Positions 46,750-56,929 of a stretch of DNA of 64,000 nucleotides are shown in pieces. A program made the position numbers and the translations under genes. The notes beneath the pieces were generated by a model. It had not been told where the DNA came from and ran no database searches. It saw only the letters and a list, made by a program, of their open reading frames with translations. The stretch lies in NCBI GenBank assembly GCA_046570105.1, contig JBKHVI010000004.1:32001-96000 (forward strand). Direction: 5' to 3'. How positions within the stretch are numbered: the stretch's first letter is position 1; every line of letters starts with the position of its first letter. This DNA is from Bacteriovoracia bacterium. GTDB lineage: Bacteria; Bdellovibrionota; Bacteriovoracia; Bacteriovoracales; Bacteriovoracaceae.

Positions 46750-47660
46750 AGTGCCTCTTTCTCATACTTTTTAGTTTTAGCTTTTCGGTGCATGCCTTTA
46801 ACAAGGATTTTAATCTTGTTAATGACCGTGCTCCACTTGAATTCCGTTTGCTGTTTGAAAGTATGAAGTACTCCCTCAAGGAGCTGAATGAACAAGTCCG
46901 ACTCATTGTTCTCGCTCAACATATTAACAAAGGTCTTGGTCCCTTAAAAAAAGATCAATCGTTCTTCCTACTGAAATCGGAAGTCTACAAGTCTCTCCTT
47001 GAATGGCCACATCCTCCAACTCAGTTTCAAGTTGGTAGCCACACACTTGAACGCATAAAGACTAATATCAACGCTAGCAAAGCGATCTACACCCCTTTCT
47101 CTCAATGGGTACTTGAAGCACTCATGGCCGATCTGGAAGAATTTCAAAAAGAAGGCCTCTTAGATCTTCCTCCTGCGCAAAAAAGTATGCTCAATGGAGA
47201 GAAGAGTCAGCGTTATCTAAAAATGCAACGAGTGCTTAAATATACTCGTGGATGGCTTGAGCAGGCCGACACTATGTCGGCCAAGGACTTCAATAAATTG
47301 ACTGAAGAACTTTCTTGGAAAACGCTCGAACGAGTCAAAGAGCGCTCCTCTCTCTTCCGACGTTTTTCCTCTAAAGCAGTGCAGGATAGCAATCAAAATA
47401 CCTTCAATATTCCTGAGCAGGGAATGCCACAAATGAATCAGGGCAAACCGGCCCCTCCTGCTACAACAGTAGACCCGGCCATGAAGGGCATATCTGAGAA
47501 AGCAGCCGAAGAAAAAGCAGAAGCTAGTTCGAGTGTGGAAAATCTTGAGGTTGATTCTGCTGCTGTGCCTGCTCAAGAACTGTCAGAGGCCATTGATAAA
47601 ATTGAGGAGCCGGGCACTGCAGAAACTCCTGCCGTTCAGGTCGAAGAAGAGCTGAAGTAA
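46746..47660 (+). CDS. Secreted hypothetical protein (helical, acidic tail)
   Basis: Signal peptide (VHA|F); ATGA overlap with the upstream gene. Confidence 0.7.
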   Translation: MKCLFLILFSFSFSVHAFNKDFNLVNDRAPLEFRLLFESMKYSLKELNEQVRLIVLAQHINKGLGPLKKDQSFFLLKSEVYKSLLEWPHPPTQFQVGSHTLERIKTNINASKAIYTPFSQWVLEALMADLEEFQKEGLLDLPPAQKSMLNGEKSQRYLKMQRVLKYTRGWLEQADTMSAKDFNKLTEELSWKTLERVKERSSLFRRFSSKAVQDSNQNTFNIPEQGMPQMNQGKPAPPATTVDPAMKGISEKAAEEKAEASSSVENLEVDSAAVPAQELSEAIDKIEEPGTAETPAVQVEEELK

Positions 47661-47747
47661 TCATAGGCTTTGCGCGTCAATTCTGGCGCGTTTGCGCTCT
47701 CTGAGTTATCATCCTGACTGGTCTCGAACTCCCTCGAAAGGTTCTCC

Positions 47748-49058
47748 ATGGCACTCTCAAAACTCCCTTATAAAGGAACGCGTGATTTTTTCCCGCCAGA
47801 CATGCGGCAGAGAAATTTCTTGTTTCAAAAAATGCGTGAGATCGCAGAGCTACATAGTTTTGAAAATTATGACGGACCGATGGTGGAAGAAGTTGAGCTC
47901 TATCTAGCAAAATCCGGCGAAGAGCTTATCAATGAACAAATTTATTCGTTTATCGATCGTGGAGAGCGCAAAGTAGCTATTCGCCCAGAGATGACTCCAA
48001 CTGTTGCGCGAATGGTGGCACAAATTCATAAAGAGCAGAGTAAACCTTTGCGTTGGTTCTCGATCCCCAATCTCATGCGCTATGAAAAACCACAGAAGGG
48101 ACGCTTAAGAGAACACTGGCAATTCAACTGCGATATTTTCGGTGCTCCTGAAGGCTTGGGTGAAATCGAAATCCTGCAAGTCGCTACAGGCCTCTTAAAA
48201 AGTTTTGGTGCCACTCACGAGCACTTTGAAGTGCTCTTAAATGATCGTCGCGTGGTTGATGCAGTCTTTAAACAACTTCTACGGCTTACAGATGATCAGT
48301 CACACAAACTCTATAAGGTTATTGATAAGTCTAAAAAAGTCACAGCCGAAGCGCTTGATAAAATGATGAGTGAAATCATCACACAAGAATCAGTGAAGGC
48401 GCACTTTAAAGAATACTTGAAACTCGATTCAATCATGAGTCTTCAAAGCTTCCTCGAACGCCACGGACTCAAAGACGCCGCTCAAGGATTTTTAAAATTT
48501 GCTGAGCGTTTGCCGGCCGCCGGTTTGTCGAAGTATATCGTCTATGACCCAACGATTGTTCGAGGGCTAGATTATTACACTGGTGTAGTTTTTGAAATCT
48601 TTGACAAGAGCCCGGATAATCGCCGTGCCATCTGTGGCGGTGGTGCTTTTGCGAACCTCCTGCAGATTTTCAACGAAGAACCCCTCGCAGGTGTCGGTTT
48701 TGGATTAGGCGATGTAACTTTGGCGGATTTCCTCCAAACTCATGGATTCTTGCCTAAGTTTGAGAAACCAGAAATCGATCTTTTAATCGCCTACCTTGAT
48801 GCCGACGCCGAAAATGCTGCCTTTGAACTGGCACGAGCTGTGCGAGCGAAAGGTGTCAAAACAGAGCTGTACTTAGGTGATGCAAAACCAAAAAAAATCT
48901 TCACTCATACTGATCGCCGCGGTCATCGCGCTGTCATTATGATTGGATCAAATGAAATTCAAACCGGTGAAGTAGAAATCAAGCGCCTTAAAGATCAAGA
49001 AAAAGCGCGCATCAAGATGGATCGCCCGGAAGATATCCAACGTTTCTTGGAGCTATAG
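47748..49058 (+). CDS. hisS: Histidine--tRNA ligase
   Basis: KGTRDF, RPEMT, RYEKPQKGRLREHWQ and VRGLDYYTG. Confidence 0.97.
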   Translation: MALSKLPYKGTRDFFPPDMRQRNFLFQKMREIAELHSFENYDGPMVEEVELYLAKSGEELINEQIYSFIDRGERKVAIRPEMTPTVARMVAQIHKEQSKPLRWFSIPNLMRYEKPQKGRLREHWQFNCDIFGAPEGLGEIEILQVATGLLKSFGATHEHFEVLLNDRRVVDAVFKQLLRLTDDQSHKLYKVIDKSKKVTAEALDKMMSEIITQESVKAHFKEYLKLDSIMSLQSFLERHGLKDAAQGFLKFAERLPAAGLSKYIVYDPTIVRGLDYYTGVVFEIFDKSPDNRRAICGGGAFANLLQIFNEEPLAGVGFGLGDVTLADFLQTHGFLPKFEKPEIDLLIAYLDADAENAAFELARAVRAKGVKTELYLGDAKPKKIFTHTDRRGHRAVIMIGSNEIQTGEVEIKRLKDQEKARIKMDRPEDIQRFLEL

Positions 49059-49060
49059 TT

Positions 49061-51712
49061 ATGGAAAACCTTATTGATAAAACCTTTGACCCCAAAGCCG
49101 CCGAAGATAAGTGGTATAACGTGTGGGAGAAAGAGGGCTGCTTTAAACCCAAGAAAGGCAAAGCTGGCAAAACATTTAGCTTGATTATGCCACCACCTAA
49201 CGTGACGGGTAAGTTGCATATGGGACATGCTCTCGATGCGACGACACAAGATGCTCTCATTCGCTTCAAGCGAATGAAGGGTTTTGAAACCTTGTGGATT
49301 CCAGGAACAGACCATGCCGGTATCGCCACTCAGTCAGTCGTAGAGAAACTTATTCAAAAAGAAGAAAAAAAGAATCGGCACGAGATTGGCCGTGAAGAAT
49401 TCTTAAAAAGAATTTGGGAATGGAAAGAACAGTACGGCTCAGAGATTGTTCAACAGCAAAAGAAGATGGGTGTCTCATGTGATTGGGACTACTCCACTTT
49501 CACCATGGACGAAGTACCCAACAAAGCTGTCCGTAAATTCTTTGTCCATATGTATAACGAAGGATTGATTTATCAATCCGACTATATCGTTAACTGGGAT
49601 CCAAAACTTCAGTCAGCTATTTCTGATGCGGAAGTGGAACACAAAGAAGTGAAAGGCTTCTTCTATCATCTGCTTTATAAAGTGAAGGATTCTGACGTTG
49701 TTCTTGAAGTTGCGACCACTCGTCCGGAAACAATCTTTGCAGATACTGCAGTCGCTGTTCATCCAGACGATGATCGCTTTAAGCATTTGATCGGCAAGAC
49801 GGCGATTATCCCGATTTGTAATCGTGAAGTTCCGATTATCGGAGATGAACATGTTGATATGGAAAAAGGCACTGGTTGTCTCAAAGTAACTCCAGGTCAT
49901 GACTTCAACGACTTTGAAATTGGCAAACGCCACGGTCTTCCCATTATTAATATCCTCAATACTAACGGCACTTTTAATAACGGTGCTCCAGAGATTGAAG
50001 GACTTAAGGTCAAAGACGCTCGTGAAAAAGTAGAAGCAATCCTCAACGAGCTAGAACTCTTAAAAGAGAAGAAGCCTCATGTTCATCAAGTCGGTCACGG
50101 AGAGCGCAGTGATGCTGTAATTGAACCTCTTGTTTCAAAACAATGGTTTTTAAATGTTCGCAAGATGGCGGAAGACGCAGTCTCAGCAGTAGAAAAAGGC
50201 AAAATGACTTTCCATCCGAAAGGATGGGAGAACACCTACTTCTCTTGGCTACGCGATCCAAAAGATTGGTGTATTTCTCGTCAGTTGTGGTGGGGCCATC
50301 AGATCCCGGTGTTTAACTGTTTAGGCTGTGGCCATCAATGGGCCAGTGAAACTGATCCCAATGAATGTCCTCAGTGTCGTGCCACAAACCTAAAGCAGGA
50401 TGCGGACGTTCTTGATACTTGGTTTAGCTCTGGACTCTGGCCTTTATCAACACTTGGCTGGCCTGATGAAAAAGTGATGGCCGAGAAGCGCTTCAATGAC
50501 TTTTACCCAACGGCCACATTGGTCACTGGCTTTGATATTATTTTCTTCTGGGTGGCACGCATGATGATGATGTGCCAAGAGATGACAGGTAAGGCGCCCT
50601 TTGAACATGTTTATATTCACGCGATTGTTCGTGATAAACAGGGCCGCAAAATGTCGAAGTCGCTCGGCAACGGCATTGATCCACTCGATATGATCGCTCA
50701 GTATGGCGCAGATGCCATGAGATTCACTCTTGCTGCTGGCTCTGGATACAACAGAAATTTAAATCTCGACCCTGAACGCATCGAGGGTTATCGCAACTTT
50801 ATGAACAAGCTGTGGAACGCTTTCCGTTTCATGCAGCCTCATCTTGAACTTGCTGACGAGAAGCTTCCACCGAAGGAACAATGGCATTTGCATGATCGCT
50901 GGATTTTGGCGGAACTCAATACTGTTGCCAAGCGTATGAACGAAGCGATCGAAGAGTATCGTTTTGATGATGCCAGCTCAGCAATTTATCAATTCGTTTA
51001 TGAGAAATTCTGCTCATGGTATATCGAGCTTTCAAAAAATATCCTTAACGGTACGAACGAAGCAGCGAAACGTCAGCGCGCCACTATTTTAAAATATGGC
51101 TTCCGTCAGATCATGAAGCTCTTGCATCCGATCACGCCTTACATCACGGAAGAGCTATGGTCTCATTTGGGAAGCAAGACTCTCTTGGCGACGGAGTCTT
51201 ACACAGAGTTTGATGCTCACTTAAGTGATGATCGTGTTGCCGACCTTATGAATCGTTTCATCGAAGTGGTAACAGGGATTCGTAATATCCGTCAGAGCAT
51301 GAATATTAAACCTAAAGATGAAGTCGATATTCGTTTGTTCACTGATGACCAGAAGTTCGCCAAATTCATGTACGACTCTCGCCACTTCTTAGGCGATTTG
51401 GCGGCGGTAAAGTCGGGAACTATTCGTGACAAAAAATCTGACCGACCAAAAAAGTCTGTTTCTATGGCGACCACTCATACTGAGATTTGGTTACCCCTTG
51501 AAGGCCTGGTCGATATCGCTGAACAGGTAAAACGTGTTCAAAAAGATATTGAGAAGACCCAGGGTGATTATCAGCGAGTTGAGGCCAAACTTTCTAACAG
51601 CACGTTTGTGGATAATGCACCCGAGGATGTCGTGGCCGACGTTAAAGAAAAGGCGCGTCAATTCCAAGAAAAGCTCCAGTCGCTGCAAAACATGCTCGGA
51701 CAATTTCAATGA
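49061..51712 (+). CDS. valS: Valine--tRNA ligase
   Basis: PPPNVTGKLHMGH, DWCISRQLWWGH, KMSKS and C-terminal coiled coil. Confidence 0.98.
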   Translation: MENLIDKTFDPKAAEDKWYNVWEKEGCFKPKKGKAGKTFSLIMPPPNVTGKLHMGHALDATTQDALIRFKRMKGFETLWIPGTDHAGIATQSVVEKLIQKEEKKNRHEIGREEFLKRIWEWKEQYGSEIVQQQKKMGVSCDWDYSTFTMDEVPNKAVRKFFVHMYNEGLIYQSDYIVNWDPKLQSAISDAEVEHKEVKGFFYHLLYKVKDSDVVLEVATTRPETIFADTAVAVHPDDDRFKHLIGKTAIIPICNREVPIIGDEHVDMEKGTGCLKVTPGHDFNDFEIGKRHGLPIINILNTNGTFNNGAPEIEGLKVKDAREKVEAILNELELLKEKKPHVHQVGHGERSDAVIEPLVSKQWFLNVRKMAEDAVSAVEKGKMTFHPKGWENTYFSWLRDPKDWCISRQLWWGHQIPVFNCLGCGHQWASETDPNECPQCRATNLKQDADVLDTWFSSGLWPLSTLGWPDEKVMAEKRFNDFYPTATLVTGFDIIFFWVARMMMMCQEMTGKAPFEHVYIHAIVRDKQGRKMSKSLGNGIDPLDMIAQYGADAMRFTLAAGSGYNRNLNLDPERIEGYRNFMNKLWNAFRFMQPHLELADEKLPPKEQWHLHDRWILAELNTVAKRMNEAIEEYRFDDASSAIYQFVYEKFCSWYIELSKNILNGTNEAAKRQRATILKYGFRQIMKLLHPITPYITEELWSHLGSKTLLATESYTEFDAHLSDDRVADLMNRFIEVVTGIRNIRQSMNIKPKDEVDIRLFTDDQKFAKFMYDSRHFLGDLAAVKSGTIRDKKSDRPKKSVSMATTHTEIWLPLEGLVDIAEQVKRVQKDIEKTQGDYQRVEAKLSNSTFVDNAPEDVVADVKEKARQFQEKLQSLQNMLGQFQ

Positions 51713-51715
51713 TAC

Positions 51716-51743
51716 GGGGGGCCAAGCGCCCCCTAGTCTTTTT
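51716..51743 (+). terminator. valS intrinsic terminator
   Basis: GGGGGC-caagc-GCCCCC stem followed by a T-rich tract. Confidence 0.6.
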
Positions 51744-51768
51744 CAAAAGACCCGATTAACCTAGAAGC

Positions 51769-52155
51769 ATGAGAGTTTTCTTACTCATCGCAATGTTTCT
51801 ATCGGCAAGCTCTGCTTTTGCGCAGCTTCGTTGCGTTGATAAGTTGCTACCAATCCCCAGACCTTCTGCTTCACATCAACTCGCTTCTGGTGAGTGGACT
51901 CCAGCGCCAGGCGATGTACTAACGATTGAAGGTGCTGAACAAGCGCTTAAATCATTGGTGTTCACTAAACTCTTGTGCCGCGAAAACGAAATTGAATTTG
52001 CCGTTCGCCCGATTTGCACAACCCTTGATCCAACGGATCCAAACTCGCACACTTGCTTTGCTCCATCGAGTCTCGGACACTTTATTATCACGCAAGACAA
52101 CGCCAAGAACGCCAATCTGATTTTTCATAAAATGAGACGTCAGCGTCGCGAGTAA
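51769..52155 (+). CDS. Small secreted hypothetical protein (4 Cys)
   Basis: Signal peptide (AFA|Q). Confidence 0.7.
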   Translation: MRVFLLIAMFLSASSAFAQLRCVDKLLPIPRPSASHQLASGEWTPAPGDVLTIEGAEQALKSLVFTKLLCRENEIEFAVRPICTTLDPTDPNSHTCFAPSSLGHFIITQDNAKNANLIFHKMRRQRRE

Positions 52156-52762
52156 TTTTCTTCAGAACCCATCCTGCTGGTGAATCCAAAAAATTAATTT
52201 CGCTCATTTTTCTTAGAATCACCGTTATTTTCTTCTCTTGCGCCAACATTCTTAAATCTTTAACCACCCCTAACGATGAGTATCCGTCGACATATGCCCT
52301 TTTCAATCCTCTATGCTTTTGTTCGTTAAATAAGACGTAATGAACCGCATTTCGGGTTTCTCTTATGGAACGAAGTACATGCAAATGATAGCGCTCCAGT
52401 TGCACTCGTCCCTTACCTAGTCCCTTAGCGATAGTTACTGTCAAGGAGCGCATGCCTCTTGTTAGGATGGCGTTGTCCTGAGCCTCAAGGATCAAATGGA
52501 TGTGATTACTTTGCAGCGAGAAGTGGATCACTCTGAGTCCCATCTTACGGGCATTGAGAATCGCCCTTTTCAAAAGACTAAGGCCCCTCTTGTGGCGAAT
52601 GGTTGTGCAGTATTTGAAATTTACATGCATGGCATGTCTCATTTGAACTTTTTCCCGCACTCGATGAGCGACACCTTTGGAATGAATACGCTTTCGACCA
52701 GCTCCGGGTCTTCTGCCGCCACGTGATCCTTTGTAAATATTGAGATTGAGTTGTTTTGCCAT
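52088..52762 (-). mobile_element. Y1 HUH transposase (REP-associated tyrosine transposase / IS200-like)
   Basis: HUH motif NHIHL, catalytic YVLFNEQKH, YSS, basic N-terminus RGGRRPGAGRK; start ATG 52762 after GGAGG. Confidence 0.75.
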
Positions 52763-52843
52763 AGTGCCTCCATTTGAATGGGGCATATGTAAAACGTCAG
52801 ATGAGAATAAGAAAATTTAGAAACGAGCTAAATTTAAGTTAAA

Positions 52844-53854
52844 TCAAAAATGAAACATCTCTGAAGTTTGTTGGAAGAGTTGCACGGGATCAACCTGGGC
52901 GCGAGGCTTAATAATTTCTGTTTTGGCCTGAGTGGTATTCGCGATTGTGGGATCACGCAAATCCATCAAACGCCAGTTCGCATAGAATGGAATCGGCGCA
53001 TCTTTACGTGGTTCGCCAGTTTCATAAATGGCGAGAGTGTCTGTACCAAGATAAGTGGCGTAAGAGATACTCGCTCCTGCTCGCGCAACTAACCCTTTTG
53101 CGTGGGCCAACATCTTACCAAGATCAATCCAATCAGAACTCAAGAACAACTCATACTTATTTGTTTTAGGGAGACGCTGGATCAATCTCTCAGCTAAAAG
53201 GCCGGCCTTAACTTCTTCTTCAGAAGAAAAAAGAATGAAGCGCTTACCTTCATGCATGGAAAAATACTCAAACCAAAAATCGTCTAACTTAACCTGATCA
53301 AATGGCCATAGATCGACCGCCAGATAGGGGCCATCCTCTTCTTTGTAAAAAGGTGGGAGCTCTTTTCCTTTTACTTTCATTTGATCGGGAATACGGCGGT
53401 TAGTGAATTCTTTGAATAAGTAATAAAAATCTTCGCTAATATGATGACCGATGGGGCGTTTGACTGCCAAAGTTGTAAACCAGCGCTTCCACCCTTCAGC
53501 AAAGCCGATGCGTTTTTTTGCGTCTAGAAAAGTCCCTACCGCCAATTCTTTTAACGTATCTCCGAGACATAGATAAATATCTACCGGTGGCATATTGAGA
53601 TTCGCAACAAAGCGATGAGCATCTAGGAATGATTCCACTTCGTCTTCTTTCCATGGATGCCAAAAGCCCTCAAACGGAAGGGCAAAGAGCATTTCAATTT
53701 TATGTTCAGGACAAATGAAATGAAGATCCGCTTCAGGGTAAGCTTCCCGCAATAAATGGATCATAGGAAAGGATAAAATCCTTTCCTGCAGTGGTGCGGG
53801 CATTTTGATCGCGATGGTTACGCGATCAGTTTTGGTTGCTGGCGTTTTGTCCAT
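52844..53854 (-). CDS. Glycosyltransferase family 9 (heptosyltransferase-like), divergent
   Basis: LREAYPEADLHF, AKKRIGF and YLGTDTLAIY GT9 scaffold; DSGxxH motif absent. Confidence 0.65.
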   Translation of the reverse strand: MDKTPATKTDRVTIAIKMPAPLQERILSFPMIHLLREAYPEADLHFICPEHKIEMLFALPFEGFWHPWKEDEVESFLDAHRFVANLNMPPVDIYLCLGDTLKELAVGTFLDAKKRIGFAEGWKRWFTTLAVKRPIGHHISEDFYYLFKEFTNRRIPDQMKVKGKELPPFYKEEDGPYLAVDLWPFDQVKLDDFWFEYFSMHEGKRFILFSSEEEVKAGLLAERLIQRLPKTNKYELFLSSDWIDLGKMLAHAKGLVARAGASISYATYLGTDTLAIYETGEPRKDAPIPFYANWRLMDLRDPTIANTTQAKTEIIKPRAQVDPVQLFQQTSEMFHF

Positions 53855-54555
53855 AAAACCGTGTAGTAGCTAGTGGCGAGCGCTGGCACCATGACATTGA
53901 TAATTGGAACAGAAACAAGAAGTAAAAAAATGGCTCCTGAAAACACATTCACGATGAAATTACTCATCACATCTTTAATACAGGCACGAAGACCTAATTC
54001 ATGACGAGACCATGAGTAGTCTAAGAATTGTGCTGACATCAAAAGACATAACAGTAGCAATGCTACAGGAAAAAGTACCGGGAAGAAATTAAGTCCCATT
54101 GCAAGAACTGTTGCGATAATGATCACGGTGAGTTTTTTAAATTCATTAAAAATTGTTCGTCCAAATCCAGCGACGACATCTTTAATTCCCTGGGATTTAT
54201 CTACTGTTGGCATCTGACCGCGAATCTTGTTTTCAATTCTCGCACTAATCACACTGTTAAATGGTGCAGATAAAATGCCGATCATTAAAACAAACGTCCA
54301 AGACACCAAGATAAAAAGTAGAAAAGCCATCAAGCCACTAACGAAATAGTACATAAACATGTTGGCGTTCTGACTCAAAACATACTTATTGATGACAACC
54401 TTAGTTAAGGCCATTCCGTTTTCAAGCGCGTAGGTTCCTGCCACGATATAAATCACAACAGCTAGAACACCTGGGATCAAAAATAGAATGAAATTGACTG
54501 GGTCTTTAAAAATGTTTCTAAAAGCCTCAGGGACTGTAGTCACGATGTCTTTCAT
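53818..54555 (-). CDS. EI24/CysZ-like membrane protein
   Basis: SAPFNSVISARIE and FLDYSWSRH motifs; multiple TMs. Confidence 0.7.
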   Translation of the reverse strand: MKDIVTTVPEAFRNIFKDPVNFILFLIPGVLAVVIYIVAGTYALENGMALTKVVINKYVLSQNANMFMYYFVSGLMAFLLFILVSWTFVLMIGILSAPFNSVISARIENKIRGQMPTVDKSQGIKDVVAGFGRTIFNEFKKLTVIIIATVLAMGLNFFPVLFPVALLLLCLLMSAQFLDYSWSRHELGLRACIKDVMSNFIVNVFSGAIFLLLVSVPIINVMVPALATSYYTVLWTKRQQPKLIA

Positions 54556-54948
54556 TTAATCCTCAAAACGTTTAAATCTAAAATTCCAAATCGGTTCAAA
54601 GGGAGCAAGCTCAGTTGGCTTTTCTGGAATGGCGTTCACCAGATTCTCCAACTCACTCCATTGTAGCTGTTCTTCTAAAAGTGGGGAGAGAATATGTAGC
54701 TCGCGGCACTTCCTAAACTTCTCGCGGGCCTTATTCATCATACCGGCTGCCCCGACAAGTTTTCCTTCGCGGTAATGCACCATTGAAGCAGCTACCTGAA
54801 TGACGGCCCAATAAACATAGCGGTGAGGATCCTGGCGATCCTCCAGCCACACATGCTCGAGCTCTTCATGACACTCCCAATAATGCTGATCATTGAAGCA
54901 CTTGATGCCCGATTTCATCTTCTCCAGATGTTCGGCATCAAAGGCCAT
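54556..54948 (-). CDS. DUF309 family protein
   Basis: FNDQHYWECHEELEHVW..IQVAA..H motif. Confidence 0.8.
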   Translation of the reverse strand: MAFDAEHLEKMKSGIKCFNDQHYWECHEELEHVWLEDRQDPHRYVYWAVIQVAASMVHYREGKLVGAAGMMNKAREKFRKCRELHILSPLLEEQLQWSELENLVNAIPEKPTELAPFEPIWNFRFKRFED

Positions 54949-55718
54949 CAGAAACCGCCAAGAATTGAGAGACCTGCATCGACATAAAGAATCTGACCAG
55001 TCACACCACCCGAAAGTTCGGTCGTGAGATAGACTGCCGTCCCTGCTACGTCGTCTTGCGAGACGCCTTCTTTCATCGGAGCGATCTCTTCAACTTGTGA
55101 CAAGAGTGAACGGAAGCCCGAGATTCCAGAAGCTGCCAAAGTCTTGATTGGACCAGCAGAGATGCAATTCACTTTAATTTTGCGAGGGCCCAAGTCATAA
55201 GCGAGATAACGAGTCGAAGCTTCGAGAGCGGCTTTCGCGACACCCATGACATTGTAGTTTTTCACGACTTTTTGTGAGCCGTAATAGGTCATCGCAACCA
55301 CTGATCCTCCATCATTCATGATCGGCTCAAGTGTTTGACACAGACCCACGAGAGAGTACGCGGAAATATCACAGGCCATTAAGAAACCTTTGCGTGAAGT
55401 TTGCAAAAATGGTTTTGAGAGATCGTCTTTATCAGCAAAAGCGAGTGAGTGAATCAAGATATCGAACTTGCCCCACTTCTCTTCGACGACTTTTTTAAGT
55501 GCAGGATAGTGATCATCGTTCGAGACATCCATCAGAGCGATGAAGTCTGCACCGATTTCTTGTGCCAAAGGTTCTACACGCTTATGAATAGCGTCGTTCA
55601 TGTATGTGAGTGCCAGTGATGCGCCTTGCGCCTTAAGTGCTTTCGCGATGCCCCAGGCGATCGAGCGGTCATTAGCGACGCCTAAAATTAGAGCTTTCTT
55701 ACCAGTTAGTAATCCCAT
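54948..55718 (-). CDS. fabI: Enoyl-ACP reductase FabI
   Basis: GVANDRSIAWGIA, YNVMGVAKAALE and ISAGPIKTLA; start set to ATG 55718 after GAGG. Confidence 0.96.
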   Translation of the reverse strand: MGLLTGKKALILGVANDRSIAWGIAKALKAQGASLALTYMNDAIHKRVEPLAQEIGADFIALMDVSNDDHYPALKKVVEEKWGKFDILIHSLAFADKDDLSKPFLQTSRKGFLMACDISAYSLVGLCQTLEPIMNDGGSVVAMTYYGSQKVVKNYNVMGVAKAALEASTRYLAYDLGPRKIKVNCISAGPIKTLAASGISGFRSLLSQVEEIAPMKEGVSQDDVAGTAVYLTTELSGGVTGQILYVDAGLSILGGF

Positions 55719-55798
55719 GATGTTCCTCATTTGTTCGGTTGGCACCGGTATGGTAGTTTTTCCTTCACAAAAGAGCAAAGACAGTACGCGAGGACACC

Positions 55799-56929
55799 AT
55801 GCAGAAAAAGCTCGTTCCCGACTATATTGAGCGCCTGGAAGTCTACCAGGCCGGCAAACCTATCGATGAGTTAGCTCGTGAGAAGGGCCTTACGCGCATC
55901 TCCAAAATTGCTAGCAATGAAAATCCGCTTGGCCCTTCACCGATGGCGATTCGTGAAATGACCAATGTTCTTTGGGACACCCACCGCTATCCTGACATGT
56001 CCGCCTATCAACTTAAAAAATCGCTGTGTGATCTCTATCGCTTGAAGCCGGAGAATATTGTTCTTGGTAATGGCTCAGAAGGCATCATGGGTTATATCTG
56101 CCGTGCTTTCTTGCAAGAAGGTGATGAGGTTGTGACAGCTTCAAATACTTTTATCGGTTTTTTGATTCTCGCTAAATCTGTCGGCGCCAATCTCATTCAA
56201 GTGCCTCGCCGCTCTGATTACAAGTATGACATTGAAGCGATGGCAAAAAAAATCACACCTGACACTAAAGTGGTTTATATCGCCAATCCTGATAATCCAA
56301 CAGGAACCTATATCACTAAGGCTGAGTTCGACTCACTGATGAAGCACGTCTCTCCTCACACTATCGTGATCTTAGATGAAGCTTATTTTGAATTCGCTAA
56401 AGAGTGGCCGGATTATCCCGACTCAATGGATTATCGCTACGACAACGTAGTGACGCTTAGGACTTTCTCTAAGGCCTATGGAATTTCTGGTGTGCGCGTC
56501 GGTTATGGTTTTGGCCATGACAAGCTGATTGGTGCACTTCATAAAGTGAAACTTCCCTTTGAGCCAAGCCTAGTTGCCCAGAAAGGTGCCTACGGTGCTT
56601 TGCTTGATCGTCCTCATCTCGATCGCACTCTTCACAACAACAAAGAAAGATTTAACGACACCTGGGAATTTCTCACTCGTCATGATTTCAAACCGATTCC
56701 TTCGGTATGTAACTTCATTAGTTTTAAAACTGGCAGTGAAGAAGCCAGCCTGGCCCTCTACAATGCTCTCCTCGACAAGGGCGTCATCATTCGCCCGTTG
56801 CGCGCCAACTTAATGCCTGATCATGTACGCGTAAGCTTAGGGACGCGTGATGAAATGAATCACTTCTTTGAAGCGATGGAAGCCGTCTTACCCGAATATA
56901 CTAAAAAATATGGAAGGGCCCACAAATGA
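55799..56929 (+). CDS. hisC: HisC-family aminotransferase (histidinol-phosphate/aromatic amino acid)
   Basis: ASNENPLG, NPDNPTG, DEAYFEF and RTFSKAYG. Confidence 0.85.
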   Translation: MQKKLVPDYIERLEVYQAGKPIDELAREKGLTRISKIASNENPLGPSPMAIREMTNVLWDTHRYPDMSAYQLKKSLCDLYRLKPENIVLGNGSEGIMGYICRAFLQEGDEVVTASNTFIGFLILAKSVGANLIQVPRRSDYKYDIEAMAKKITPDTKVVYIANPDNPTGTYITKAEFDSLMKHVSPHTIVILDEAYFEFAKEWPDYPDSMDYRYDNVVTLRTFSKAYGISGVRVGYGFGHDKLIGALHKVKLPFEPSLVAQKGAYGALLDRPHLDRTLHNNKERFNDTWEFLTRHDFKPIPSVCNFISFKTGSEEASLALYNALLDKGVIIRPLRANLMPDHVRVSLGTRDEMNHFFEAMEAVLPEYTKKYGRAHK

